Source: a virus (lineage: Duplodnaviria > Caudoviricetes). From it: a stretch of DNA of 64,000 nucleotides. Below the pieces are notes generated by a model that made no database searches, was not told where the DNA came from, and saw only the letters and a program-made list of their open reading frames with translations. Position 1 is the first letter of the stretch; every line of letters starts with the position of its first letter. Below are positions 48,757-58,223 of the stretch, piece after piece. The translations under genes and the position numbers were made by a program. Location: positions 4,111 through 68,110 of IMG/VR virus record IMGVR_UViG_3300022548_000175; one strand, 5' to 3'.

Positions 48757-49419
48757 GTGAGGGCAAGCGAATCAGCTTCTGAATCATATAGCGAAAGCGC
48801 TTCTATATCGCCGTCTCAGTCTGAATCGGCGAGCGCGTCAGCTTCAGAATCGGCAAGCCCATCAATAGAAATATCCGATCCGGTATATCTCGGAATTGAT
48901 CTTGATGGGGTCCATCTTGTTATGGAGCACGCCGAAAGAATTTTGAATGAAATATTTATAGGAACGCCATGCAAAATAGTTAAAAAAAGGGAAACGGGAC
49001 AAAGGTGCCCAAAATGCTGGTCTGAAAGTCGCCAACAGAGAATATTGACGCATTGTGACGTTTGTTTTGGGAGCGGCTTTGTTAATGGGTATTATTGCGC
49101 GATTGATGCAAGGGTTGCGTTTGATTCCGATCCAAAGAAAAACGATTCGCAAAGAAATTTTGAAGATGTGTATAATGTCATGCGCGCCCGTATGCAAAAT
49201 TACCCTATTGTTCGCCCGAAAGACCTTATTATAAATTGTGATGAAAATAAGAGATATGTAGTATTATATGTTGAAACCACAAAGTTGCCATTAATGGCAA
49301 AAAGTGGTACAATATTATCAGGAAGAGATCATATCGTCAGCCAGTTATTAACCTTGCAAGAGCTTAATCCAGACGATAATGAATATGATTTAAATATTGA
49401 TCTCCTTCCTCCTAGTTAA
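48757..49419 (+). CDS. Putative neck/head-closure protein with short N-terminal SASE repeat
   Basis: RCPKCW..HCDVCFGSGFVNGYY; YPIVRPKDLI; N-terminal SASE stretch. Confidence 0.65.
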   Translation: MRASESASESYSESASISPSQSESASASASESASPSIEISDPVYLGIDLDGVHLVMEHAERILNEIFIGTPCKIVKKRETGQRCPKCWSESRQQRILTHCDVCFGSGFVNGYYCAIDARVAFDSDPKKNDSQRNFEDVYNVMRARMQNYPIVRPKDLIINCDENKRYVVLYVETTKLPLMAKSGTILSGRDHIVSQLLTLQELNPDDNEYDLNIDLLPPS

Positions 49420-49437
49420 ATTTATTTTTATATAAAG

Positions 49438-50031
49438 GTGGTGCATATGATGAAGCCATGCAAATATGATTATTCAAAATTCCGGGATATGGATATTTTT
49501 TTATCACATAGTGATAAAATTATTGGAAGAATAATTAAATTAGCGACTCTTATGAAATTTTGTCCTAAAGACGAATCTATCCCAACACACGGCGGGTTTA
49601 TTGTGGAAACATATGGTCAATTTTTTGCCGCCGAAATGAAACCTCGATATACTGAAAGCAGTTTGAAAGAATATACTGGTCATTTTGAACAAATTGTCGA
49701 GATATGGAGATGTAAAAGATTTGATGACGAAAATGTTCGTATAAACGCCAGAAAACACCTAGCTTATTTACATCGTGAACAAAAAAATTATGACGCCACC
49801 GGGGCTATTTTAAGTAGCAGACTTGGACAAATTATTTTTGGTCGAATACCTTTTTTTAAAAATAATAAAGAAGGCCATTTTTGCACAGAGATGAGTTCTG
49901 ATGTCATCAGGGCTTACGCCGATCCGGACATGCCAATCGCCCCAAACCCTCTTGATCAATCAAGATATTTTAAATCACGGCCTGATCTATATTATCCGAT
50001 AGAAGGGTTTAAATTATATCATGACATTTAA
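49438..50031 (+). CDS. Permuted papain-like amidase (YiiX/YebB-like)
   Basis: His (PTHGG) precedes Cys (YD...FCTE), the permuted NlpC/P60 order. Confidence 0.7.
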   Translation: MVHMMKPCKYDYSKFRDMDIFLSHSDKIIGRIIKLATLMKFCPKDESIPTHGGFIVETYGQFFAAEMKPRYTESSLKEYTGHFEQIVEIWRCKRFDDENVRINARKHLAYLHREQKNYDATGAILSSRLGQIIFGRIPFFKNNKEGHFCTEMSSDVIRAYADPDMPIAPNPLDQSRYFKSRPDLYYPIEGFKLYHDI

Positions 50032-50386
50032 TGAAATAATTTCAAATATAAAAGATATTATATTATTTCTAGCTGGCAGCGGAATTTTTGCAAAATTTGC
50101 GGTTGAATGGATTAATTATCAAAGAGAGAAAAAAAAAATAAAAAACAAAGAAGGTCATGAAATATTTATTCATAACGAATCCGGCGGAAATGGAAAAGTG
50201 CAATATGCAACAATTAAAGATCTTATGGAGCACGCGCTGGAATGTCCAAAAAATATTTATGAAAAAATAGAAGATATTAATACTCGTCTAAGCGAAAAAA
50301 TGGATTCTAATCACAGAGAGACTATGAGAACGTTTACTCAGATTAAAATGGCTATAAAAGACTTACAGTTAAAAATAAATAAATAA
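50021..50386 (+). CDS. Single-TM coiled-coil protein (holin-like candidate)
   Basis: IILFLAGSGIFAKFAV TM segment followed by a basic patch. Confidence 0.45.
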   Translation: MTFNEIISNIKDIILFLAGSGIFAKFAVEWINYQREKKKIKNKEGHEIFIHNESGGNGKVQYATIKDLMEHALECPKNIYEKIEDINTRLSEKMDSNHRETMRTFTQIKMAIKDLQLKINK

Positions 50387-51315
50387 TGTCTACACCGGCA
50401 CTAACTACTAATTTTCCACTCTCTGTCGTTGTTGACGGCATTATAAGCTATTTACATTTTGTTTTTGGAAATCCGGATATGATACCGCCTGAATATCGGT
50501 GGGATAAAAACGACAGAGTAAGTAAAATAAGAATCTGCGCTCCTTTTGTTATTGATAATGAAAAACCTATGAGCGCGCCGTTTATTGTTGTAGAGCGCGG
50601 TGGTTTTGGTTTTGCAAATAGAATTATTGATAATTTGAGAACGAGTAACTCCCCGACCAATGATACGGTTGAGCGTGTTGATTGGATGGATGGAAATATT
50701 AACATAACATGCGGCTCTGGTGTTGCGAGCGAAGCCTCGTGCCTTGCAAATATTGTAGCGCTCCTTATTCAAGCCGATCGTAAAGGTATATGTAATACTT
50801 TAAAATTTGTTCGTAATTTAAAATACGCCGGAATAGGGCCTGAAATTCCAGTGGTAAAATATGCGGAAGTTCATAGATGGGAAGTAACCGTCCAATTTTT
50901 TGTATCTCTACAATTTGGATGGATTCATAAACAAATGGAGCTGACCCCGTGGAATAAAACTGATATTATTAATGTTCATAAAGAAATGTTTTCAAATCAT
51001 GGTCAAACAATAAAAGATTCCGACCTTTTGATTGATCCAAGCAAGAATTTCGGCGTTACTTCCGAAAACGATCCTCAACTTTTACCGGCTGAACTTTCAA
51101 AAAAATATTATTATATTAGATTTGAAAATAATACATATAAACAAATATATCCTATTGCAGAAATAGTCGATCAACACACGCTTAGGCTTGTTACTCATGA
51201 TGAAAATGACACTGAAATACCGTGGAAAGCGCCGGAAACCGCGTCAAATTTGAAATATAATCTTCTTTGGAATCGCGTCCATATTTATACAAAAATACCT
51301 GGCGCTTATTCATAA
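50386..51315 (+). CDS. Putative tail completion/terminator protein
   Basis: Immediately upstream of sheath; PFIVVERG motif. Confidence 0.55.
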   Translation: MSTPALTTNFPLSVVVDGIISYLHFVFGNPDMIPPEYRWDKNDRVSKIRICAPFVIDNEKPMSAPFIVVERGGFGFANRIIDNLRTSNSPTNDTVERVDWMDGNINITCGSGVASEASCLANIVALLIQADRKGICNTLKFVRNLKYAGIGPEIPVVKYAEVHRWEVTVQFFVSLQFGWIHKQMELTPWNKTDIINVHKEMFSNHGQTIKDSDLLIDPSKNFGVTSENDPQLLPAELSKKYYYIRFENNTYKQIYPIAEIVDQHTLRLVTHDENDTEIPWKAPETASNLKYNLLWNRVHIYTKIPGAYS

Positions 51316-51389
51316 AATATTATATAATTAAATTGGGCATAAATTATTTTAAATATAAATGAAATACTATCGAAAATAAGGAGTTTAAT

Positions 51390-53912
51390 ATGGCAACATA
51401 CCAAGGTCCTCATGTAACAGTTACCCAGAAATTTGAGCTTACCCCTCCAGCGGTTGCCGTTGAAGATCTCCCAACGGTAGTTGTCGGTACGGCATATGAT
51501 GTTTATAGCAAAGAAAGCCTTGGAATGGCCCCGGGGCTTACCGGCACAGCCGGCTCATCAGGTATTACGACAAGGCTCAGTTTTGGCGTTGAAAAAGTTG
51601 TTTTTGACCATACGGTGGTTGGAAAACGCGGGTTTGAATTTTATCCGCCCAAAGTATATGTTAAAACAGAAAATAAAGACTTTGAAATTGAATCTGAAGA
51701 TGTTGAATTCACATCTGAAGGCGTGATTCTGGACGTTGACGACACATATCCGGTTATTGAAATTAAAAAGGGTTCTTCAGAAGCGTTTGTTCCATTCTAT
51801 TCAGCCACAACAACGGTAAAAATCGAGCCGTCTGACCTTCAAACCGTTATTATTACTAACGGCGGGGTTGTATCGGCAAGAATTCAAAAAGGACAAAGTG
51901 TTTTTATCAATAACGGCGGGTGGGTTAAAGTCGGCGAAGTTGGAGCAGTTCCTTTGTCAGAAGACAAAATTAAGCTGGCGGTACCATATCTGTCGGCAAT
52001 AACGTCCGGTACTGGTATTATAATCGGAGCAGCAAGTGCAACTTTGAATTTACCGGATTGTTTTTATGACCCAAATGCCGATTTTATAGCAGACCGCGTT
52101 CAAATCGGCGATATTCTAGAAATGAATACAACCGATATGGGGGAAGAAATTTTTGCGAGTATTGTTTCGATAGTTAATAAAAACATGCTTCGTCTTCAAA
52201 CCGACGTTGTAGATTCTAATGATATTTTTAAACTGAAAAGCATGCATAGCGCGGTATCGCCTCTTGATTCTACTTTCAACGTGGGTTCGTATAAAATTAC
52301 GAGACTGATCGCGTTTTCAAAAGTAATTTATGAGGCTGGTACCGGTAGGCCAATCGTAGAAAAGATTGACGCCACAAAATTCAAAGTGGCAAAAGCCGGA
52401 ATGACGGTGGCGCCGGCCGTTGGGGATTGGTTTACAATAAGCCCAACGTCAAGCCCAATCAACTCGCATACTCATTTTTATAAGATTGAAAGCGTATTTG
52501 ATGACGGTACAAATTATGTCATCGGGTGCGGAAAAGACATTTATCTCGACGGAGGAACTACTATATTTACAGGCGGCGCGAGTGAGCGCTTTAATATGTG
52601 GCGACCAGAAACGGCGAATGAAATCGTCGCTGATTTCAGGGCGGTTCGCACATCCAATATTGGAAATGTAATGAGAATAACTTCAGAAGCCGATATTACG
52701 TCGGCATGGTCAAAAGATAGTACAATTGATGTTCATAACGAGCTTGCATGGATGGCTGCGACAGCGAGAGCTGCGGCTGGAGGAAAGGTTATATATGGAG
52801 TTCATGTCGACGCCTCAGATCCAGATCTTGCTGGCCAATACGCGGCGGCGTTTGAGGCGTTAAAAATATACGATGTATATAGCCATGCAATAGGGACGAC
52901 AAATTCTGGCGTTAATTCAATTGTCAGCGCTTATCTTGAAGATCAATCAGACCCATATCAAGGTCATGAACGCATAGCCACATTATGCTATGATCAAGAT
53001 GATGTTTATATGCAATGTGAAGGCGTCGGCAATATATCGTCTTCTGGGCTTATTACAATAACAAGCTCGCCATTCGATCCTATTGCCGCTGGAGTTTCCG
53101 CAAATGATAAGGTTGATATATTTAATACTAACGGCGCATACGTTGGTACTACAACAGTGCTTATTACTCCAAACCCATTGTCGCCAAATTTAATTCAAAC
53201 CAATTATAATAACGCAAATCTTGCCGGACATACGTTCAAGTTTAAAAGTGGGCGTCCGACGGATCAGGCGATTAAAATAGGCTCAATTAAATATGGGAAT
53301 AGACGGGTTAAAACTATTTGGCCTGGATATTTTTATGCGACAGTTAACGGTAAACGGATGCTTTTGCCTCCTTATTATATAACGGCTGATATTGCGGGAA
53401 GAGACAGCAGAATTATTGTTTCACAATCATTTACTAATATGAATTTTACTCCATATGGAATGTCAAATATCCAGCTTGACACTAATTTCTATTTCAAGAA
53501 ATCCGAGCTGGATACAATTGGTGCCGGCGGGATTGATATAATCATTCAAGACCAATCAATTAGTCAATCAATAAAATCCCGCCATGATTTGACGTCAAAT
53601 ATGGACGCCGTGGAGTACCGCGAGCATTCGATAACAAAACAGGCTGATATATGCGCAAAAACATATCGCGCAGCCGTCTCCCCATATGTCGGTAAATTTA
53701 ATATTACAGACGATTTGCTGCGATTTATCGGGCAAGTTTGTAATATAGTATCGCAAAAACTGACAAAATATCCTGGAATAGTCGCCGACGCAAAGGTCGA
53801 TTCAATTAAACGTGACGAGGTAATTGCCGATAAGATTAATATCTATATAACAATAATCGTATTTGTCGCCGGCAACTACTATGATATTCAACTACTTGTT
53901 AAATCACGATAA
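51390..53912 (+). CDS. Tail sheath protein
   Basis: N-terminal YQGPHVTV; C-terminal sheath domain (DKINIYITIIVFVAGNYYDIQLLV); 840 aa. Confidence 0.85.
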   Translation: MATYQGPHVTVTQKFELTPPAVAVEDLPTVVVGTAYDVYSKESLGMAPGLTGTAGSSGITTRLSFGVEKVVFDHTVVGKRGFEFYPPKVYVKTENKDFEIESEDVEFTSEGVILDVDDTYPVIEIKKGSSEAFVPFYSATTTVKIEPSDLQTVIITNGGVVSARIQKGQSVFINNGGWVKVGEVGAVPLSEDKIKLAVPYLSAITSGTGIIIGAASATLNLPDCFYDPNADFIADRVQIGDILEMNTTDMGEEIFASIVSIVNKNMLRLQTDVVDSNDIFKLKSMHSAVSPLDSTFNVGSYKITRLIAFSKVIYEAGTGRPIVEKIDATKFKVAKAGMTVAPAVGDWFTISPTSSPINSHTHFYKIESVFDDGTNYVIGCGKDIYLDGGTTIFTGGASERFNMWRPETANEIVADFRAVRTSNIGNVMRITSEADITSAWSKDSTIDVHNELAWMAATARAAAGGKVIYGVHVDASDPDLAGQYAAAFEALKIYDVYSHAIGTTNSGVNSIVSAYLEDQSDPYQGHERIATLCYDQDDVYMQCEGVGNISSSGLITITSSPFDPIAAGVSANDKVDIFNTNGAYVGTTTVLITPNPLSPNLIQTNYNNANLAGHTFKFKSGRPTDQAIKIGSIKYGNRRVKTIWPGYFYATVNGKRMLLPPYYITADIAGRDSRIIVSQSFTNMNFTPYGMSNIQLDTNFYFKKSELDTIGAGGIDIIIQDQSISQSIKSRHDLTSNMDAVEYREHSITKQADICAKTYRAAVSPYVGKFNITDDLLRFIGQVCNIVSQKLTKYPGIVADAKVDSIKRDEVIADKINIYITIIVFVAGNYYDIQLLVKSR

Positions 53913-53928
53913 ACAATCGGAGGGCTAA

Positions 53929-54753
53929 ATGAAGCTCGAATTAGAAACCCTTACTAGCCATGAAAACGGATGGAATTGGGAGACTCAACATGTTTCTCAG
54001 TCATTCGTAGATTCTACAGGATCTGTAGTCGACGCTGCAAAGGTTGGCATCAATGATATAGTTGAAGCCGGCACCGTTTTAATAGCAGCCGGGCCTGCAA
54101 TGCTTGATGGTATGGTTAAAGAGTTTGGAAAAGCAGGCTCCGGCGGCAGTTCTTCCGGGTTTAGAATTGTGCCAATAGGCCTTGTTGAGGCGGCTCAAAT
54201 ATCTATGAATAAACCTCTTAATCGAATATTCGAAATAGGATCTCGATTGAGTTATATCATACCGGGAAGAATGATCGGGGGTATAAGTTTGAGCCGCGTA
54301 TTTTTTGACGGTCCAAACCTTTTAAAAGCAATTTATCTTGGGGAAGTTAATTCTGATTGCTCGACGCAAACCAAAAAACGCGTTAAATTTCAAAGTGGTA
54401 ATATTGATACGGAAACCGGCGCTCTTGTAACCCAAGAATTTGACCATATTGGTTCTGGAAATATAGCAATGAATTTGGCCTCTGCATTTTTTGACCAGCC
54501 GGTTGGGCTTGCGTTTATTTTTAGGGATTTGCAAGATCAATCAGTCGGGCAAATTTATTTTGAAGGGTGTCGGGTATCCACCTATAATATTGGAATAAGC
54601 GCCCAAATGAACGTTCTGACGGAAGCGATTAGTTTAGAATTTGTTCGTTGTCGTCCAATAGTTGTTGTATCATCTAATGAATATAATAGAACAGAACCGA
54701 CCACATCCCTTGCTGATATTAATATTGTTTCTTCAAGAGATACGTCTTTTTAA
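53929..54753 (+). CDS. Tail tube protein
   Basis: Follows sheath; PIGLVE..NRIFEIGS..GGISLSRVFFDG. Confidence 0.75.
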   Translation: MKLELETLTSHENGWNWETQHVSQSFVDSTGSVVDAAKVGINDIVEAGTVLIAAGPAMLDGMVKEFGKAGSGGSSSGFRIVPIGLVEAAQISMNKPLNRIFEIGSRLSYIIPGRMIGGISLSRVFFDGPNLLKAIYLGEVNSDCSTQTKKRVKFQSGNIDTETGALVTQEFDHIGSGNIAMNLASAFFDQPVGLAFIFRDLQDQSVGQIYFEGCRVSTYNIGISAQMNVLTEAISLEFVRCRPIVVVSSNEYNRTEPTTSLADINIVSSRDTSF

Positions 54754-54771
54754 ATTTAAGGTTTATTAGCT

Positions 54772-54801
54772 AAAAAAAAGCCTCTTTTTAGAGGCTTTTT
54801 T
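54772..54801. terminator. Bidirectional terminator
   Basis: AAAAAAGCCTCT-ttt-AGAGGCTTTTTT. Confidence 0.85.
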
Positions 54802-55357
54802 CTTTTTTTCTATTTTTCTCCAGCCACATTATTGATATACAATTCCAAGCCGCATGATAAAGATGTTGAAATCCGCTTTCAACATCATATATATCACCTT
54901 TCCAATATTGTTCAAGATGACGGTTTAACGCCGAATAGTATCGATGCAGCTCGACATTTTGCCAATTATTAGCGTTATATTTATTTGCGCCATAAGTATA
55001 AATTTCCACTATTTTTGTCGTCCATTCTGGGTTTATAAGATCCCACCTTTGAACAAATTTGCTTGTTGAAAAAACTTCTTCATACGAATATTTTCTTGGA
55101 TCCGCCAACATCAAAGTTCCAATCATTGCACCCATTAATGGATGAAAATCTCCAAGACGATAATTTCGCTCCATATACCATTGTGCAATATTTGAACGAA
55201 TTATGTTATAAATGTGAGAACGATTAAAAATTATTTCTTTTTTTTTCAACATATACATTTTAATAAATGGCTTTATAAAAGCCGCCATTGATATAAAATA
55301 TTCTATTGGAACCAAATGCCAATCAGCTTTCCCTTTATCAAATTTTAACCCGTTCAT
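54788..55357 (-). CDS. dATP/dGTP diphosphohydrolase-like (DUF5664) protein, apparently tandem-duplicated; probable start MNGLKFD
   Basis: GLKFDKGKADWHLVP; YGANKY..NW; YYSALNRHL; ESGFQHLYHAAWN. Confidence 0.8.
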   Translation of the reverse strand: MNGLKFDKGKADWHLVPIEYFISMAAFIKPFIKMYMLKKKEIIFNRSHIYNIIRSNIAQWYMERNYRLGDFHPLMGAMIGTLMLADPRKYSYEEVFSTSKFVQRWDLINPEWTTKIVEIYTYGANKYNANNWQNVELHRYYSALNRHLEQYWKGDIYDVESGFQHLYHAAWNCISIMWLEKNRKKEKSL

Positions 55358-55386
55358 ATGTGTGCGTTCCTTGTGCGATTGCTTTT

Positions 55387-55618
55387 GTTCAAACGAAATA
55401 GAACATTTAGTGTGCCACGCCGAACACAGACGAGGGTTCCGTACCCAGCTCGGGGCGCCCTCCTTCCCCGCCGGTCGTTCTAATTTTCGCGAGCGAATAC
55501 CGAGCAGTGTTATCATCCCCTTTTTCGATATTCTCGGGTCACTGCGAGAGTATGCAGCGAGCGAAAATTAGAATAAGATTGGATAGATGAAGCATCTATC
55601 CGCTTATCTCCTTTGAAC
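55387..55618 (-). ncRNA. Candidate retron-type ncRNA no. 2
   Basis: Arms GTTCAAA/TTTGAAC with G (55611) opposite G (55394); 9-bp hairpin 55581-55601; long hairpin 55478-55573 with 13-bp perfect base; GC-rich hairpins 55410-55475. Confidence 0.6.
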
Positions 55619-55630
55619 TAAAAACAAAAT

Positions 55631-55978
55631 TTATATACCAAACGCGTCTTGCACAATTTCTTTCATAATATTCTTTGAAAGCGGGTTTTTTACAATACTT
55701 ACAAATTCATTAGAATTACATCGACATACATCCACCCAATTGGGATTTAAAGATTTACAAAAATTGCATACCTTGTAATACTTTCTCTCGTCATTGATTG
55801 CAGATTTTATGTACATCGACGGCACCTTAAATGATTTTCCGTCTATTATTATTGAAACATTATTTTCATCTACAGGCCGGCATTTAATCCATTCGTCTTC
55901 ATTTTCTCTTAAAAATTGCGCTAATTTTGTGATTACCCCTCTCCTTCTTACAAATCTAATTCTAAATTTTGCTATCAT
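55631..55978 (-). CDS. Hypothetical protein with C-terminal zinc ribbon
   Basis: CNFC...CRCNS. Confidence 0.6.
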   Translation of the reverse strand: MIAKFRIRFVRRRGVITKLAQFLRENEDEWIKCRPVDENNVSIIIDGKSFKVPSMYIKSAINDERKYYKVCNFCKSLNPNWVDVCRCNSNEFVSIVKNPLSKNIMKEIVQDAFGI

Positions 55979-56150
55979 CTGATTTTATCCTTCCATTTTT
56001 TTGGTTTGAATATTTATCTTCAAATTCTATTGAATTTATAATGATCGGGCTTTTGTTGTCGCGATTTACTAATAAAATATTTTTCAAAAACCCAAAAAAT
56101 TTATCTATAAATTTTTCTTCTACTGATAAAGTTATTATAATCCTTGGCAT
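55962..56150 (-). CDS. Hypothetical small protein
   Basis: 62 aa; GAAGG RBS. Confidence 0.45.
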   Translation of the reverse strand: MPRIIITLSVEEKFIDKFFGFLKNILLVNRDNKSPIIINSIEFEDKYSNQKNGRIKSDDSKI

Positions 56151-56199
56151 AATAACCTTCTACTATAATATTCACTCAAAAAAAACAAAAATAACACAT

Positions 56200-56325
56200 C
56201 ACACCGGTGAGCGCCGGCGCTATTTTAAAATAGGCAGGGGTGTTAAACAGCCGACAACGTAAACCGCAACCGTCCTTATGTTACGCCGCGGCTGGAGAGG
56301 GGGCAAACACACGCCCTGCCTATAA
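56200..56325. ncRNA. GC-rich structured intergenic element (rod with bubbles plus palindromes)
   Basis: ATAGGCAGGG/CCCTGCCTAT, GTGTT/AACAC, CAGCCG/CGGCTG, CGTAA/TTACG nested; AGCGCCGGCGCT and CACCGGTG palindromes. Confidence 0.45.
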
Positions 56326-56353
56326 TTTTCTCCCTTCTCTCATTAGGCTAAAA

Positions 56354-57919
56354 TCACAAATTTGTTTCCAATCCTTTATCAGAATGCCATTCAATAAATT
56401 TACTGGACCTGCCCTCATAACCGTTTTTACTAACGACTTTAGCGACAAGCCCATTTAAATTTTTTCCAATGAGATTTTTGACAAAATCTTCAGATCCAAG
56501 CTGTCCGGGCCCAAGTTTGAATTTCTTGCCGGATTTAAGAGATTTAAACCACATAACCCCGGCGGTTCTTCCGGTCGGCCCATATTTCAATTCATTTCCA
56601 ATAACCTCCCAGTCATCTGGATCAGTCACAAATTTCAATTTATAACCATTCAAAATAGATCCGTTTTTTGGCACTCCAACAAGGCCTTCGCCTTTATTAA
56701 AATTCGGTCCAACCAGCCTAACGACTTTAATAAAATCATTTTTTATCGCCTCTTGGAGCTTTCTATTATCCCAAAACCCTAAATGAGAAACATCTTTACC
56801 GTTTACTTTATCGGCCCGATACAACAATATTTCCGGCTTTACATTAAGCGGCCGTATTTCAGCGGAATTTAATATTCCTCCAATCTCAGCGGCAGTAAGA
56901 TATTTTCCATTTTTTAGAAATTTTAATTCACCCATTCCGACAAAATTACCGGTCATTCTAGCGATCTCCGGCAATTTTCCTGTATATTCTATTCTTCTGC
57001 CTGAAACGCGGCTTATTCTTGGAGACCATATCGTAGTTCCTTTTGGTGTCATAACAATATGGGCAGCAGCACCATCCTCTTTTTTAGTAATGGTTTTAGG
57101 ATCAACCATTTTTAAAAATTGATCTTTTGAATTAGTTGAAATAAGATGCAGCTTATCTTTAAGCCCCGCTGGTTCTTTTAAAATAGAGCCAACCGCGCTC
57201 ATTTTTTCATTTAATCGATGGAAAAATATATTATGATACCGGTTAATCTTTGGTGCATATATAACGGCCGTCTCTCCATCATTTTTAATAATTTCAACCG
57301 GCTCATCCATTATTATGCGCCTTGTCTTTCCTGCGCCATAACCATTAATTCCGCTTCCGCCATTCTCCCAACTTAATCTTGCATTACCTGGAGAATGATC
57401 TAAATTCTGCGGAATAATTTTTCTTGTATTCAACAATTTTTGAATGTCTTTTTTAACAGCATCGGCGTCTCCTCGTCGAAGCGCTTTATTTGCATTGGCC
57501 GGTATTTTTTTAATAAAACTGATTTTACCAATGTGTATGTCTAAATGCGGCCCCGCCTTATTAGCGTCATGAAACGCCACAACCATTTTTTCAATTTTTC
57601 TACCATATTTATTTATCTCAGAAAACCACGATCTGCCGCCAAATCCATTTTTTCCAAATAATTTTATTGAACCATCCGATGCCTCAATTAACATTTTCCT
57701 AAACGGCCCTCTAGCTAAATTAATTATTTTTCCAACTGCCTGATTTACAATTATATCCGAAATTGTTATTTCTCCTTTTATAATCGCTAATATATTCTGA
57801 TAATTAATGATAATATCTACAATAGATGGGATTAAAATATTTATTGGTTTTAAAGAGAACATATCAAACAATCTAATTCCAGACGCTATAGCGCCATTAT
57901 TCATCCACATAATCTCCAT
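56354..57919 (-). CDS. ATP-dependent DNA ligase-like protein with LigD phosphoesterase-like motif
   Basis: KEDG (motif I), GEL, EGLV, YKLKF, OB-like tail; FHDANKAGPHLDIHI. Confidence 0.7.
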   Translation of the reverse strand: MEIMWMNNGAIASGIRLFDMFSLKPINILIPSIVDIIINYQNILAIIKGEITISDIIVNQAVGKIINLARGPFRKMLIEASDGSIKLFGKNGFGGRSWFSEINKYGRKIEKMVVAFHDANKAGPHLDIHIGKISFIKKIPANANKALRRGDADAVKKDIQKLLNTRKIIPQNLDHSPGNARLSWENGGSGINGYGAGKTRRIIMDEPVEIIKNDGETAVIYAPKINRYHNIFFHRLNEKMSAVGSILKEPAGLKDKLHLISTNSKDQFLKMVDPKTITKKEDGAAAHIVMTPKGTTIWSPRISRVSGRRIEYTGKLPEIARMTGNFVGMGELKFLKNGKYLTAAEIGGILNSAEIRPLNVKPEILLYRADKVNGKDVSHLGFWDNRKLQEAIKNDFIKVVRLVGPNFNKGEGLVGVPKNGSILNGYKLKFVTDPDDWEVIGNELKYGPTGRTAGVMWFKSLKSGKKFKLGPGQLGSEDFVKNLIGKNLNGLVAKVVSKNGYEGRSSKFIEWHSDKGLETNL

Positions 57920-58167
57920 CTTCTCTTTCTATTGTATCTTTTTTCTCCGTGCCGCGCTATCATACGAACAATTCCTGTCGCCAAAACAGGGGCGACCATT
58001 CTTTTTTCAATAAAAACTGGCACCGGAACCTTCATAGTAAACCTTCCTAATAAAAAGCTCATCCCAATTGAGGCAAGCATTAAAATTGATCCGGCCTCCC
58101 AATTATCATGAATATCGGCTTTTATTTCATTAACGCGCCTTTTAAATAATTTACTAATTTTTTTCAT
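57901..58167 (-). CDS. Hypothetical membrane protein
   Basis: TM segment AGSILMLASIGMSFLLG. Confidence 0.5.
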   Translation of the reverse strand: MKKISKLFKRRVNEIKADIHDNWEAGSILMLASIGMSFLLGRFTMKVPVPVFIEKRMVAPVLATGIVRMIARHGEKRYNRKRRWRLCG

Positions 58168-58195
58168 TATTCCCCCTTTTTACATAAATTATAAA

Positions 58196-58222
58196 ATAAA
58201 AAAGAGACCTTTTAGGTCTCTT
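58196..58222 (-). terminator. Intrinsic terminator downstream of ncRNA no. 3
   Basis: AAGAGACCT-aaa-AGGTCTCTT followed by a T-run on the minus strand. Confidence 0.75.
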
Positions 58223-58223
58223 C

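Noticed and set aside
54788-55357. Claim of a Z-base genome
   Set aside because: No purZ or datZ in the window; this domain alone is insufficient.
55358-55571. ORFs 55362-55571 and the N-terminal extension of 54788-55516; likewise 56240-56458 and 58233-58466
   Set aside because: They overlap strongly structured elements, lack an RBS and have non-protein-like composition.
55383-55623. tRNA (GTTCAAA resembles a T-loop)
   Set aside because: No cloverleaf, anticodon arm or acceptor stem could be built; no tRNA genes were recognised anywhere in the window.
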